A stretch of DNA of 64,000 nucleotides from an uncultured virus (IMG/VR IMGVR_UViG_3300045596_000200) (Duplodnaviria; Heunggongvirae; Uroviricota; Caudoviricetes), in IMG/VR virus record IMGVR_UViG_3300045596_000200; one strand, given 5' to 3'. The position numbers and the translations under genes were made by a program. Under the pieces are notes generated by a model. It was not told the origin of the DNA and did not search any database. It saw only the letters and a list, made by a program, of their open reading frames with translations. Positions 1-8,875 of the stretch are shown here, piece by piece (the first letter of the stretch is position 1; each line of letters starts with the position of its first letter).

Positions 1-25
1 ATATTGGCCAGATATTAGTCTAACC

Positions 26-54
26 AAAAAAGGTCAGGACACATGTCCTGACCT
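26..54 (-). terminator. Rho-independent terminator downstream of the tRNA fragment
   Basis: Perfect 10-bp stem AGGTCAGGAC/GTCCTGACCT (31-54) followed by T6 on the minus strand. Confidence 0.8.
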
Positions 55-62
55 GTAAGTTT

Positions 63-108
63 TGGTCGCGGGGGCTGGATTTGAACCAACGACCTCCGGG
101 TTATGAGC
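63..108 (-). tRNA. 3' half of tRNA-Met(CAT), initiator-like; displaced att copy at the island boundary, not a full tRNA
   Basis: Minus strand GCTCATAACCCGGAGGTCGTTGGTTCAAATCCAGCCCCCGCGACCA gives anticodon loop, T-arm and CCA; tRNA similarity stops at 108 and an integrase follows. Confidence 0.8.
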
Positions 109-325
109 GAGTCAAGCTGGAGGTTCCGCAAATTCTCCCTCGTCTACCTCGTCTGGACACACTGCGCTGAGCAGGCGTTTTGTGTTTTTTCGCGTCTCCA
201 ACGTTCTGTAGGAATCTGCTTCTTCTGTATCTCCAACCTCGTTTTGGCGGTCATTTGGCGGTCACTTTGGCGGTCACAATGTCGGTCAGAAACGGTTGTT
301 GAAAACCGAGTGGAAGGAAGTGGAG

Positions 326-1618
326 ATGCAGAACCTTACCTACACCAGCCGTAGCCTGAGGAGACGGAGAAACAGCGACCGATGGGAGGCGGTCCTCTCG
401 CACACCGACCCTGTGACGGGCGAGGTCGTGAGGACGTTCCATACGGTCGAGGGAAAGACGCGCCGGCAGGCGGAGCGCGCACGCGACGCGCTCATCCTTG
501 AGCTCGAACGCAAAGGAGGGGCCGTCGGCTCCTCGATGAGCGTGCGCGAGTTCATGGATCAGTTCCTCGCCTACAAGGAGGGATCGGGCACCATAGAGCC
601 CTCGACCGTGCGCGGGTACCGCGCTGAGGCGCGCCAGATAGACTCCTACATCGGAAACGTCCGCCTAGCCGACCTCTCCGTGGAGGACGTGTCGGGATGG
701 ATGCGCAACATGAGCGCGGACGGCTACGCGCCAAAGAGCGTGTCTAAGCCTTTCCGCCTGCTCAAGCAGGCGCTCAAGTGGGGCATGGCGCAGGACCTCA
801 TCACCAAGAACCCCTGCGACTTCTGCAAGCCGCCTAAGCGCGTGAAGACGCCCATCAATGCCCTGCCGCGCGAGGAGCGCACCCGCATGCTGGAGCTTGC
901 GAGGCGCGCGCAGCCGGCGCCCCTGGGCATAGCCATAGAGCTCGCGCTCACCACGGGCATGAGGCGCGGCGAGGTCTGCGCGCTCAGGTGGTCCGACCTT
1001 TCCGACGACGGCACCATCACCGTGAGTCACGCCCTAGGAAACGGCGACGGCGGCTTCTACGTGAAGGAGCCCAAGACCTCGCGCTCCCTGAGGACGATTC
1101 CCCTCACCCGGCGCACCTTCGACATGCTGCGCCTCGTGCGGGCGGACGCTGTGCGCATCGCCAACGAGTTCGCTCTTCCCTTCGGCGACCCCTACATACT
1201 GGGAACGCAGGAGGAGAAGAGCCGGCCCTACAACCCAACGCAGCTCGGGAAGGACTTCGCCGCCTTCTGCAAGATGAACGGCTTCAAGTGCACTTTCCAC
1301 GACCTCAGGCACACCTTCGCCACCATGATGATCGCGGGAGGCTGCGACGTGAGGACCGTGGCGAGCTACCTGGGGCACGCGAGCGTGAGCATGACGCTAG
1401 ACATTTACGCCGACGTGGACCCGGAGGCCAAGCGCGCCGCCGTGAGCAAGGTCGAGGAGAGCTTCGACGCAAAGATGAGCGGCTACAGCGACGCCATCAT
1501 GGATAGCGTCATCGGAGCTTCCAAGCGCCGCGAGCCCGCGCTCAGCTTCTCTGTCGACCAGCTCAAGGCGATGCTCGCCGCCGCGGAGGAGAAGGAGGCA
1601 GGCCATGGGCGTCTTTAG
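326..1618 (+). CDS. Tyrosine integrase of the island
   Basis: Motifs TGMRRGEVCALRW, FHDLRHTFAT and LGHASVSMTLDIY; N-terminal arm-binding-like region. Confidence 0.93.
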   Translation: MQNLTYTSRSLRRRRNSDRWEAVLSHTDPVTGEVVRTFHTVEGKTRRQAERARDALILELERKGGAVGSSMSVREFMDQFLAYKEGSGTIEPSTVRGYRAEARQIDSYIGNVRLADLSVEDVSGWMRNMSADGYAPKSVSKPFRLLKQALKWGMAQDLITKNPCDFCKPPKRVKTPINALPREERTRMLELARRAQPAPLGIAIELALTTGMRRGEVCALRWSDLSDDGTITVSHALGNGDGGFYVKEPKTSRSLRTIPLTRRTFDMLRLVRADAVRIANEFALPFGDPYILGTQEEKSRPYNPTQLGKDFAAFCKMNGFKCTFHDLRHTFATMMIAGGCDVRTVASYLGHASVSMTLDIYADVDPEAKRAAVSKVEESFDAKMSGYSDAIMDSVIGASKRREPALSFSVDQLKAMLAAAEEKEAGHGRL

Positions 1619-1673
1619 GATCGTCTGGCGCTTCGTGCGCTGGCTCTTCCGCGCCGTCTCGCGCTGGATGTGA
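1605..1673 (+). CDS. Candidate 22-aa amphipathic cationic peptide MGVFRIVWRFVRWLFRAVSRWM
   Basis: AAGGAGG RBS 6 nt upstream of ATG; overlaps the integrase stop. Confidence 0.4.
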   Translation: MGVFRIVWRFVRWLFRAVSRWM

Positions 1674-1718
1674 GCGCGCGCTTGATAAAATTGCGTCAAC
1701 GGCTCGCATAGAAAGGCT

Positions 1719-2648
1719 ATGGCTATGCCCGATAAAGAACCCGCCAAGACAGAGGCACCAATCGCGCTCTCAGACGACATGCAAATCAGGAACATGATCT
1801 ACACCGTGAGAGGCCAGCAGGTCATGCTCGACAGCGACCTCGCCGAACTGTATGGCGTTGAGACGAGGGCAATCAATCAGGCAGTCACAAGAAATCCAGG
1901 TCGCTTCCCAGAACGCTTCTGCTTCAGGCTCACAAACGAGGAGTCAGAGATCTTGAAATCACAATCTGTGATTTCAAGATCTGGGAGCTGGGGTGGCAGG
2001 CGAAAGCCTCCGCGTGTCTTCACTGAGCAGGGCGTGTCGATGCTATCCGCCGTGCTGCGCAGCGACACAGCAATCGACGTGAGCGTGCGCATCATGGACG
2101 CCTTCGTTGAGATGCGACACTTCATCGCAGACAACGCCCATATGTTCGAGCAAATCCGCACGGTTGAGCTCAGGCAGCTGGAATACCAGAAAGCAACCGA
2201 CGAGCGCTTCGAGCGCGTCTTCGACTACATGGAGGCCCACGAGGCGCCGAGCCAGAAGGTCTTCTTCGAGGGACAGGTCTACGATGCGTTCGAGCTCTTG
2301 GTTAAACTCGTGCAGAGGGCCAAGCGCGAGATCGTCCTGGTTGACGGCTATGTGGACACGGGCACGCTCAACATCCTCGCCAAGAAGGCATCAGGAGTTA
2401 CCGCCACCATGTGGACGCATCCCAAGACCAGCCTTACCGAACGCGACATTGCCACCTTCAACGCGCAGTACCCGACGCTCGCGGTCAGGCACACGGCCTC
2501 GTTCCACGACCGCTTCCTCATCCTGGACGGAGCCGAGGGCTACCCGATTGGAGCATCGCTGAAGGACGCAGGCAAGAAGAGCTTCGCCATCACCAAGCTC
2601 GAAGACTCAAGCATCATTGAATCGATTATCGCCGCGCTCGGTGAGTAG
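1719..2648 (+). CDS. ORF6N (KilA-N-like) DNA-binding protein with a C-terminal PLD-like domain
   Basis: IYTVRGQQVMLDSDLAELYGVET...FTEQGVSMLSAVLRS; C-terminal FHDRFLILD...GASLKDAG. Confidence 0.8.
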   Translation: MAMPDKEPAKTEAPIALSDDMQIRNMIYTVRGQQVMLDSDLAELYGVETRAINQAVTRNPGRFPERFCFRLTNEESEILKSQSVISRSGSWGGRRKPPRVFTEQGVSMLSAVLRSDTAIDVSVRIMDAFVEMRHFIADNAHMFEQIRTVELRQLEYQKATDERFERVFDYMEAHEAPSQKVFFEGQVYDAFELLVKLVQRAKREIVLVDGYVDTGTLNILAKKASGVTATMWTHPKTSLTERDIATFNAQYPTLAVRHTASFHDRFLILDGAEGYPIGASLKDAGKKSFAITKLEDSSIIESIIAALGE

Positions 2649-3394
2649 GAGATTAAAACGTGTGACATCTTTGAGGTCGCAGTTTGCGACCTCAAAGCGT
2701 CTAAGCCCCTAAGCCAATCTGGCGCGTGATAAATGAAATAAACCGTAACCAGTAAACCCGCCTGGCCTCTGCTTCCGAGCATGCACACTGGCGGATCTTC
2801 TTTATGCGATGCGCCTGCAGTCCGCCCTGCCCCGGGCCCGACGGCAAAGAGCAGCCGCATGGACCGGCCTCCCGTTGAGACGGTCGGCGTGGTAGCGGAG
2901 TGACCTTCTCAACCCGCCACCGGACACAATGACGCAACGAACGCCGAGCCTTCCACATGTTCCAGCGGGCACATCACGACGGCACGAAGCACCCCGTGTA
3001 CCTCACGAGCACGGCCACCGCACGTCGCGCGACATCCACGAGAGAACCTCATTGCCTAGCGAAGCCAACAGCAGCCAGCCGGCGCACTGCACCTCTACCA
3101 CACGCCCCCGGGCACGCAGGTACACAACGCCTCGCGGCAACCCCATCGCCGCATTCCCACAGGCGGCCTCCGCGCACACGCCCACCCCGTCTCGCCTTGG
3201 GAGCGAAGACTCGCCCACGGTCGCTCTCGCACAAGGGCCGCGAAAACTTTTCCGACGGGCACGGAGCGCCCCTCGGAAAACTCGGGCGCATCCGCGTTTC
3301 GCTTCCTCCCTTGCGCTGCCGCTTTCCCGCAGGCGCCATCCGCACCACAAGGCGCGCCAAGGGGGCGGGTCCCAACACGAGGAGGCAGACAGCC

Positions 3395-3748
3395 ATGGGA
3401 AAGAGCATCGACGAGAGGTCGCACGAGGCCATTCGCGCGTACCTGAGGCACAGGGGCATCGAGGTCCTGGAGGAAGGCTGGGCTCACGGCTTGGACAGCA
3501 TCGACTTCATCGCCATGGACGACGAGGAGCTCGTCTTCGTGGACACCGCCACCAAGTGCGGGGGCTACGACATGCCCCGTGAGGAGCCCGACCAGGAGCG
3601 CTTCGAGCGTATCGCGGCGGCCTACCTCGCCGAGGCCGAGGTAGAGGGCCCCACCAGCATCCGCTACGACATCGTGAGCCTTTTGGTGACAGGCTCCGAG
3701 AAGGCCCTCCTGCGCCACCACAAGAACATCCTCAACGACGGGAGATGA
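3395..3748 (+). CDS. YraN/UPF0102-like PD-(D/E)xK nuclease-family protein
   Basis: AYLRHRGIEVLE...IDFIAMDDEELVFVD...IRYDIVSL; GGAGG RBS. Confidence 0.7.
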   Translation: MGKSIDERSHEAIRAYLRHRGIEVLEEGWAHGLDSIDFIAMDDEELVFVDTATKCGGYDMPREEPDQERFERIAAAYLAEAEVEGPTSIRYDIVSLLVTGSEKALLRHHKNILNDGR

Positions 3749-3760
3749 TCCTGAGGCGGC

Positions 3761-3786
3761 TGCCCCGGGCCTTCGGGCTCGGGGCA
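3761..3786. terminator. Hairpin between convergent genes
   Basis: TGCCCCGGGCC-TTCG-GGCTCGGGGCA. Confidence 0.5.
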
Positions 3787-3798
3787 GGGTGGATAACA

Positions 3799-4800
3799 TC
3801 AAAAATGCTTTTTATCAGGCAGTTTCGGCACCCGCTCCAAAGCAACGCCTTCGAGCCTCTCGCTCTTTCTGCCACCGGCGCGGCTACTGACAGACCTGGT
3901 AGCAGTTATCCGTACACGGTCACCAGTATTGACTGCGGCTAAATCAACAGGTGAAATAGAGCCTATCGACAATTGCTCTTCAACGCCGTTATCAAGCAAA
4001 ACGCGGAGCTTATCTTTATTCGACTCGGTAATCGTTATGAGAATGCCTTCTATCGTCTCTTCTTCACTCTCAATATTTGCGTTCTCTATCAAGGACACAG
4101 CGCTCTTTGCATAAGCCGCCGAAATAGAAGATTTCTTTTCTTCTCTGCCGGGCTGCTTCCAGCTGAAGTCAACATCTACACCACTACTACTGACTGACTG
4201 GCATAGCTCTTTAACCGCAGTTGCTACTCTAGGCCCCAAGTCAGTGAGGCGGTCAAGAACCTGTCCTTTATCGGGCGTCTCAGCTGAAAGCTCATTGATT
4301 AAATCAGACAACTCTCCAATTGCTTGGTCTGCAAGTGGCTCCGCATTCGTTTCCTTCTCAATATCGAATAGCGCAGGGCCCTCAGGATACAGATCAAACT
4401 CACGAGGCAAAGTAGGTGCAATTTGAATGACTACTGAACCAGGCATTGGTGATGCGACCATTGATAATTGAGTACGTCCAGACACATCGATGGGAATACG
4501 CCCCCTACTAGAGAGGAAGCCCTCCAGGGATCCCCCAATAGCCTCAACGCCATCTTGCACTGCAGCGATAACCTTGGCCACCGATTTAAGTGGTGCCGAA
4601 TTATTCTTCACTGCTGAACCAGTTATGTGGATAAATCCAATCGATTCTTTACCAACGGCTTCCATATGTTCTTGTACAAAGGCATTTATGCTGGCTCTTG
4701 ACGCTTCCATGGGATCATCGGGAGCCGTATAGGATTCATCAGGATTAAATCCCAAAGAACGTAGGTACTCTAGGGGCAAACCCTTATTTTCCATAGCCAT
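3799..4800 (-). CDS. Hypothetical protein, partner of the nucleotidyltransferase; possible C-terminal OB-fold
   Basis: 333-aa low-GC ORF with GGAGGTGA RBS; overlaps the upstream gene by 17 bp. Confidence 0.7.
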   Translation of the reverse strand: MAMENKGLPLEYLRSLGFNPDESYTAPDDPMEASRASINAFVQEHMEAVGKESIGFIHITGSAVKNNSAPLKSVAKVIAAVQDGVEAIGGSLEGFLSSRGRIPIDVSGRTQLSMVASPMPGSVVIQIAPTLPREFDLYPEGPALFDIEKETNAEPLADQAIGELSDLINELSAETPDKGQVLDRLTDLGPRVATAVKELCQSVSSSGVDVDFSWKQPGREEKKSSISAAYAKSAVSLIENANIESEEETIEGILITITESNKDKLRVLLDNGVEEQLSIGSISPVDLAAVNTGDRVRITATRSVSSRAGGRKSERLEGVALERVPKLPDKKHF

Positions 4801-5353
4801 CGATAATCACCTCCAAATAGCCAGCAGCGGGGTAAAGCCATCTCGAAGAATTAGCGTCAAATCGAGTCTTCGACCAAAACTGATCCCAATACCCACGTAT
4901 GGCCAAATATTTATCTTGCTCGTAGCTATACTCTGTAGGCGGGACGACTAATAAATACGAGTCGACCATGCTTCTTTGATTAGAGGATTTCCGTTTGTTT
5001 GTCAGCAGTTGGATTGCAAATTTTCCCAAGTTACTTTGTGTTGCGTTGGAATACATCGATTCAGTCACCAAATACACAACGTCAATATCATGAGGTGTCT
5101 GCTCGGAGGTAATAAAACTCCCGCCAACCCAAATGGCTACCACTTCTCCAAAACCTTCGCGAACGACGGCGAGGTGCTGCATAAACTCTGTCCAGATAGC
5201 ATTTCTTGACGGGTCGTTATTTACGGAATAAAAAGTCTCTATCTCGTCAAATGTAGTCTGATACCTTCCGTATGGAAGGACCTCACGCTTGGCCCCGATA
5301 TTTCGCAGCGTTGGTATCAAGACTTGCCCCAGTCTTTCATCATTCCCTGTCAC
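4784..5353 (-). CDS. Pol-beta-superfamily nucleotidyltransferase (DUF6932-like)
   Basis: GRYQTTFDEI...WVGGSFITSEQTPHDIDVVYL (GS...DxD signature). Confidence 0.7.
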   Translation of the reverse strand: MTGNDERLGQVLIPTLRNIGAKREVLPYGRYQTTFDEIETFYSVNNDPSRNAIWTEFMQHLAVVREGFGEVVAIWVGGSFITSEQTPHDIDVVYLVTESMYSNATQSNLGKFAIQLLTNKRKSSNQRSMVDSYLLVVPPTEYSYEQDKYLAIRGYWDQFWSKTRFDANSSRWLYPAAGYLEVIIDGYGK

Positions 5354-6143
5354 ATATGAAAATTATATGCATCATTCGACTGCTTCTTATCAGGAGCCAA
5401 TAAATCCAGACAAGCGGCATCATAGCTTCGCCACCTACGAAACGCAGCTCCTCAATCCGCTTCACGTCTATCAAATTGCAGTCGAAGAGGCTAATAGAGA
5501 GACGGGTTGGCCCAGATGCAGCTAAATGATTATTTGGCTGCGTAGGCAGCTCGACTTCGGAGACATCGATTTCTCCTGACATGAGTCTGGAAAGTAGAGT
5601 GTCACGCAACCCAGCAAGATTGAGGTTTTCCCTGTTATTTGTACCAATTTGCTGAATAGCTGATGTAATTGTTGCGAGGTCGTCATCGTCGAAGTTAGGG
5701 TTTATCGGGAACGTCATCATTTGCTTCTTGTCCCCACGTGGCATCTTCGTTTCTTTTGATCCCGTCATGACGAACTCGAAGAAAGCATCCTGCCGAAGGC
5801 ATGCGTAAATGTACGGGGCAAGGCTTGTATCATTCGCCCTGAAAACGATCACATCCCCTGAGCAGGTGCCGTTGCAGTCTGCATACCAAATCTTCTTGAA
5901 GTATGGCCTAATGTTTGAAACGAGCGTGTCGCCAGCTTCATACGTTGTAACCTTGCCTGTTGCGAGAAGCGATGATGCAATCTGTCTGCCACCCTTATCA
6001 GCAAGAAGGGATTCGGTAGACACATAGGTGCGTATGTCCGCTTCTTCGCAAGACACCTTGTCGGCGACTTGGGAACAAATGTCAGTCAGGGCTCCCTCCG
6101 CCGCGTTTCTCCTTGTCGCGATAGCCTCGCATAGCTCAGCCAA
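5340..6143 (-). CDS. hsdS: Silent C-terminal HsdS cassette (alternative TRD2) flanked by recombination sites
   Basis: TRD followed by LRDTLLSRLMSGEIDVS; starts at an NDYL site. Confidence 0.85.
   Translation of the reverse strand: MAELCEAIATRRNAAEGALTDICSQVADKVSCEEADIRTYVSTESLLADKGGRQIASSLLATGKVTTYEAGDTLVSNIRPYFKKIWYADCNGTCSGDVIVFRANDTSLAPYIYACLRQDAFFEFVMTGSKETKMPRGDKKQMMTFPINPNFDDDDLATITSAIQQIGTNNRENLNLAGLRDTLLSRLMSGEIDVSEVELPTQPNNHLAASGPTRLSISLFDCNLIDVKRIEELRFVGGEAMMPLVWIYWLLIRSSRMMHIIFICDRE
5524..5540 (+). repeat. hsdS shufflon recombination site A
   Basis: AAATGATTATTTGGCTG. Confidence 0.85.
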
Positions 6144-6153
6144 ATAATCATTT
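6137..6153 (-). repeat. hsdS shufflon recombination site B
   Basis: CAGCCAAATAATCATTT, exact reverse complement of site A. Confidence 0.85.
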
Positions 6154-6214
6154 GTCGCACGTCACGACCAGCCCAAACAGAATTACTCCATCGCACCCGT
6201 TGAAAGGACTCGTG

Positions 6215-7168
6215 ATGGAGACAACGATCAATCTTGTTCTAGCCCAGATGCAACCGATTTTGAGCTGCGACCAGCTTAAACGCCTCGGGGAAGTGCTCAC
6301 GTTCGCACTATCGCCAAGACAGGAACCAGAAGGCGATTTGTTGCGGCTGTTCCTTACCGCCAAGGAAGTGGAGGGATGCTCATCACGCACAATCGCCTAT
6401 TACGAAAGCACCATCCGACACATGGTCGATACTGTAGCGAAGCCGTACACGCAAGTGGAGAGCAATGACCTGCGGAGCTATCTTGCCGATTACGAATCGA
6501 GCCGCAAGGCCGGCAAGGTCACCATCGACAACATCCGCCGCATACTGTCGAGCTTCTTCTCTTGGCTAGAGGACGAGGATTACATCGTGAAGAGCCCGGT
6601 CCGGCGCATCCACAAGGTTAAGACCGCTACGGTAGCCAAAGAGATCTTAACCGACGAAGACCTCGAAACGCTGCGCGATAGCTGCGCGAACGTCCGCGAC
6701 CTCACCATCGTGGATATGCTCGCCACCACCGGCATGCGCATCGGAGAACTCGTCGGCCTCGATATAGCCGACATCGACCTGCAGGAGCGCGAGTGCGTTG
6801 TCACCGGCAAGGGAAACAAGCAGCGCCCAGTCTACTTCGACGCCCGCGCCAAGCTGCACCTGCAAGCGTATCTCGACACCCGCACCGACGATAGCTCAGC
6901 GCTGTTCATCTCGCTGGACGCAACGGCGACACGCCTCAGCATTGCCGGCATCGAATCCCACCTGCGAAATCTCGGCAAGGCCTGCGGCGTCGGTCGCGTC
7001 CATCCCCACAAGTTCCGCCGCACCTTGGCCACCCATGCGATTGACAAGGGGATGCCCATCGAGCAGGTGCAGAAGCTGCTCGGTCATGCGAGAATAGACA
7101 CCACCATGCACTACGCCATGGTGAACCAGAACAACGTGAAGGCCTCCCACAGGAAGTATTTGGAATGA
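6215..7168 (+). CDS. Tyrosine recombinase/invertase of the hsdS shufflon (Xer-like)
   Basis: TGMRIGEL, HPHKFRRTLAT, LLGHARIDTTMHY; lies among hsdS cassettes. Confidence 0.92.
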   Translation: METTINLVLAQMQPILSCDQLKRLGEVLTFALSPRQEPEGDLLRLFLTAKEVEGCSSRTIAYYESTIRHMVDTVAKPYTQVESNDLRSYLADYESSRKAGKVTIDNIRRILSSFFSWLEDEDYIVKSPVRRIHKVKTATVAKEILTDEDLETLRDSCANVRDLTIVDMLATTGMRIGELVGLDIADIDLQERECVVTGKGNKQRPVYFDARAKLHLQAYLDTRTDDSSALFISLDATATRLSIAGIESHLRNLGKACGVGRVHPHKFRRTLATHAIDKGMPIEQVQKLLGHARIDTTMHYAMVNQNNVKASHRKYLE

Positions 7169-7659
7169 GCAAAATCGAGCTTGCCGAAATATGCAGGTAC
7201 CGCACCGAGAGCGCATCAATTGATCCATCGACCTACATCTCGACTGAGTCGATGCTTCCTAACAGGGCGGGTATCACAACCGCTTCTTCCGTCCCGGCAA
7301 GCGGCAAGGCACGCGTCTTCCGCAGGGGTGATACGCTCGTCTCCAACATCAGACCATACTTCAAAAAGATCTGGCAAGCCACGGACGATGGCTGCTGTTC
7401 GGCTGACGTTCTCGTTTTCGAACCGGTGAGCTGCAACCCCGACTACCTCTATTGGCTTCTGTCGAACGATACATTTTTCGACTATGTTGTTGCCACGTCA
7501 AAGGGCACAAAGATGCCGCGTGGGGACAAAGCTGCCATCATGCACTACGAATTCGTCGACATTGAGGACGAGGGACAAGACTCGATAGCCCTGACCCTTA
7601 ACCCAATTCGAGAACTTATGCACATCAATCAACAGACAAATGATTATTTGGCTGCGTAG
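7165..7659 (+). CDS. hsdS: N-terminal HsdS half (alternative TRD1) ending at site C (NDYLAA*)
   Basis: GDTLVSNIRPYFKKIW...SKGTKMPRGDK; ATGA overlap with the recombinase. Confidence 0.85.
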   Translation: MSKIELAEICRYRTESASIDPSTYISTESMLPNRAGITTASSVPASGKARVFRRGDTLVSNIRPYFKKIWQATDDGCCSADVLVFEPVSCNPDYLYWLLSNDTFFDYVVATSKGTKMPRGDKAAIMHYEFVDIEDEGQDSIALTLNPIRELMHINQQTNDYLAA

Positions 7660-8875
7660 GTAGCTCGACCTCTGATACGTCGATTTCCCCTGACGTTAGC
7701 TTTGGTAGAAGCGCGTCTCTAGCCTGTGCGAGCGCTTTCGATTCGCGCATATTGTTTTCAATCATGGCAAACATTGGCTCAGCAAAGCTCATGAGCTCCT
7801 TAGCCTGATCCGCATCAAAATGAGGTAACTCAAATTGCCTTAGCAATTTACCCGACATGCTGCCTCTGGTTGATGTCGAATCGGACCAGGCGCGAAGGTT
7901 ATCGTATTGAGCAGCTAGCATAAGCAGAAGATATGCCCCATAGTCCTGCTTTGGCCGTATGACTACAACAGACTGGTTGACATATGTGTCGAAGAAGAGC
8001 ATCGATGTTTGACCCCTCGTGAAGCCTTGGCCCGCCGATGCCATGACAACGTCACCAGCTTTGGCTAGCTTGGTAGACGACTCTGCAACGCCAAGTTCTG
8101 TGATGGTCTTCTTCGTATCAATGATGAACCTGGATCTGGTTTCGCCAGATGAAAGCCACGGTAAATTGCCATCCCAGTAAGCGGGCTTCTTAGTCGAAGG
8201 CGTTCCTCCGCTGTAAATCGACTCGCAGCAATCACCAACTTTCATTGTGCTATCGGATGGACCGACGAGATCGTTCATCTTGGCCATGCAGCATTCGAAC
8301 AAATAATCATTTGTACGGTTATTAAGTCGTCGCTTGTTTTCAATCGTTAAAAGTAGACTAGAGATCTTGTTTTGAGTTTCTGTCTCTGGCACTGTGACTT
8401 GTTCAAGCTCAGAGAAAACTTTGTACTGAAAGTTCGACAAACCGGTAGAGCGGTTCTGATAACCCCAGGTTCTCCCCTTTTCATACATATCTTGCAACCA
8501 AAAGAACAAGTACGCTGAATTGATCTCGTGCTCAGGGCGTAAAAGCCTACAGAAACTAGCAGGAATTACTGGGCAATCGTAGCTATCTATTAGCTCATCA
8601 GTGATAAATAGAGTTCTTCCAGTCGGCCTCTCATCAGTACCGCCAGATATCTCGAGCACGATGTCGCCTGGCTGAAGTGATGCCTTCGATGCCTTTGTCT
8701 TCTTTTCCCATCGAATAGGTAGTCTGTCATAGGCACCCTGTTCAATAGATGGGAAGTCTGCACCGCGAATTACGGCTACTTTGCTTTGAAAATCACCTTG
8801 AGGATTCTCTTTGCCCCAGCCACCGCCTATCGAATAGCTAATGAGGTTGCTCACAGAATATACCCTAGAGTCCAT
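7625..8875 (-). CDS. hsdS: Type I R-M specificity subunit (allele in the expression position)
   Basis: Two TRDs, central NNRTNDYL, C-terminal RDALLPKLTSGEIDVS; overlaps the hsdM stop. Confidence 0.93.
   Translation of the reverse strand: MDSRVYSVSNLISYSIGGGWGKENPQGDFQSKVAVIRGADFPSIEQGAYDRLPIRWEKKTKASKASLQPGDIVLEISGGTDERPTGRTLFITDELIDSYDCPVIPASFCRLLRPEHEINSAYLFFWLQDMYEKGRTWGYQNRSTGLSNFQYKVFSELEQVTVPETETQNKISSLLLTIENKRRLNNRTNDYLFECCMAKMNDLVGPSDSTMKVGDCCESIYSGGTPSTKKPAYWDGNLPWLSSGETRSRFIIDTKKTITELGVAESSTKLAKAGDVVMASAGQGFTRGQTSMLFFDTYVNQSVVVIRPKQDYGAYLLLMLAAQYDNLRAWSDSTSTRGSMSGKLLRQFELPHFDADQAKELMSFAEPMFAMIENNMRESKALAQARDALLPKLTSGEIDVSEVELPTQPNNHLSVD
7638..7654 (+). repeat. hsdS shufflon recombination site C
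   Basis: AAATGATTATTTGGCTG, with similarity to site A extending ~40 bp downstream. Confidence 0.85.
8300..8314 (-). repeat. hsdS shufflon recombination site D (inside hsdS)
   Basis: CAAATAATCATTTGT. Confidence 0.8.

Noticed and set aside
63..140. Complete tRNA-Met gene
   Set aside because: No D-arm or 5' acceptor strand beyond 108; it is an att fragment
2650..3390. ORFs or oriT in the gap before the YraN-like gene
   Set aside because: Translations are low-complexity with no motifs; no relaxase in the window to support an oriT
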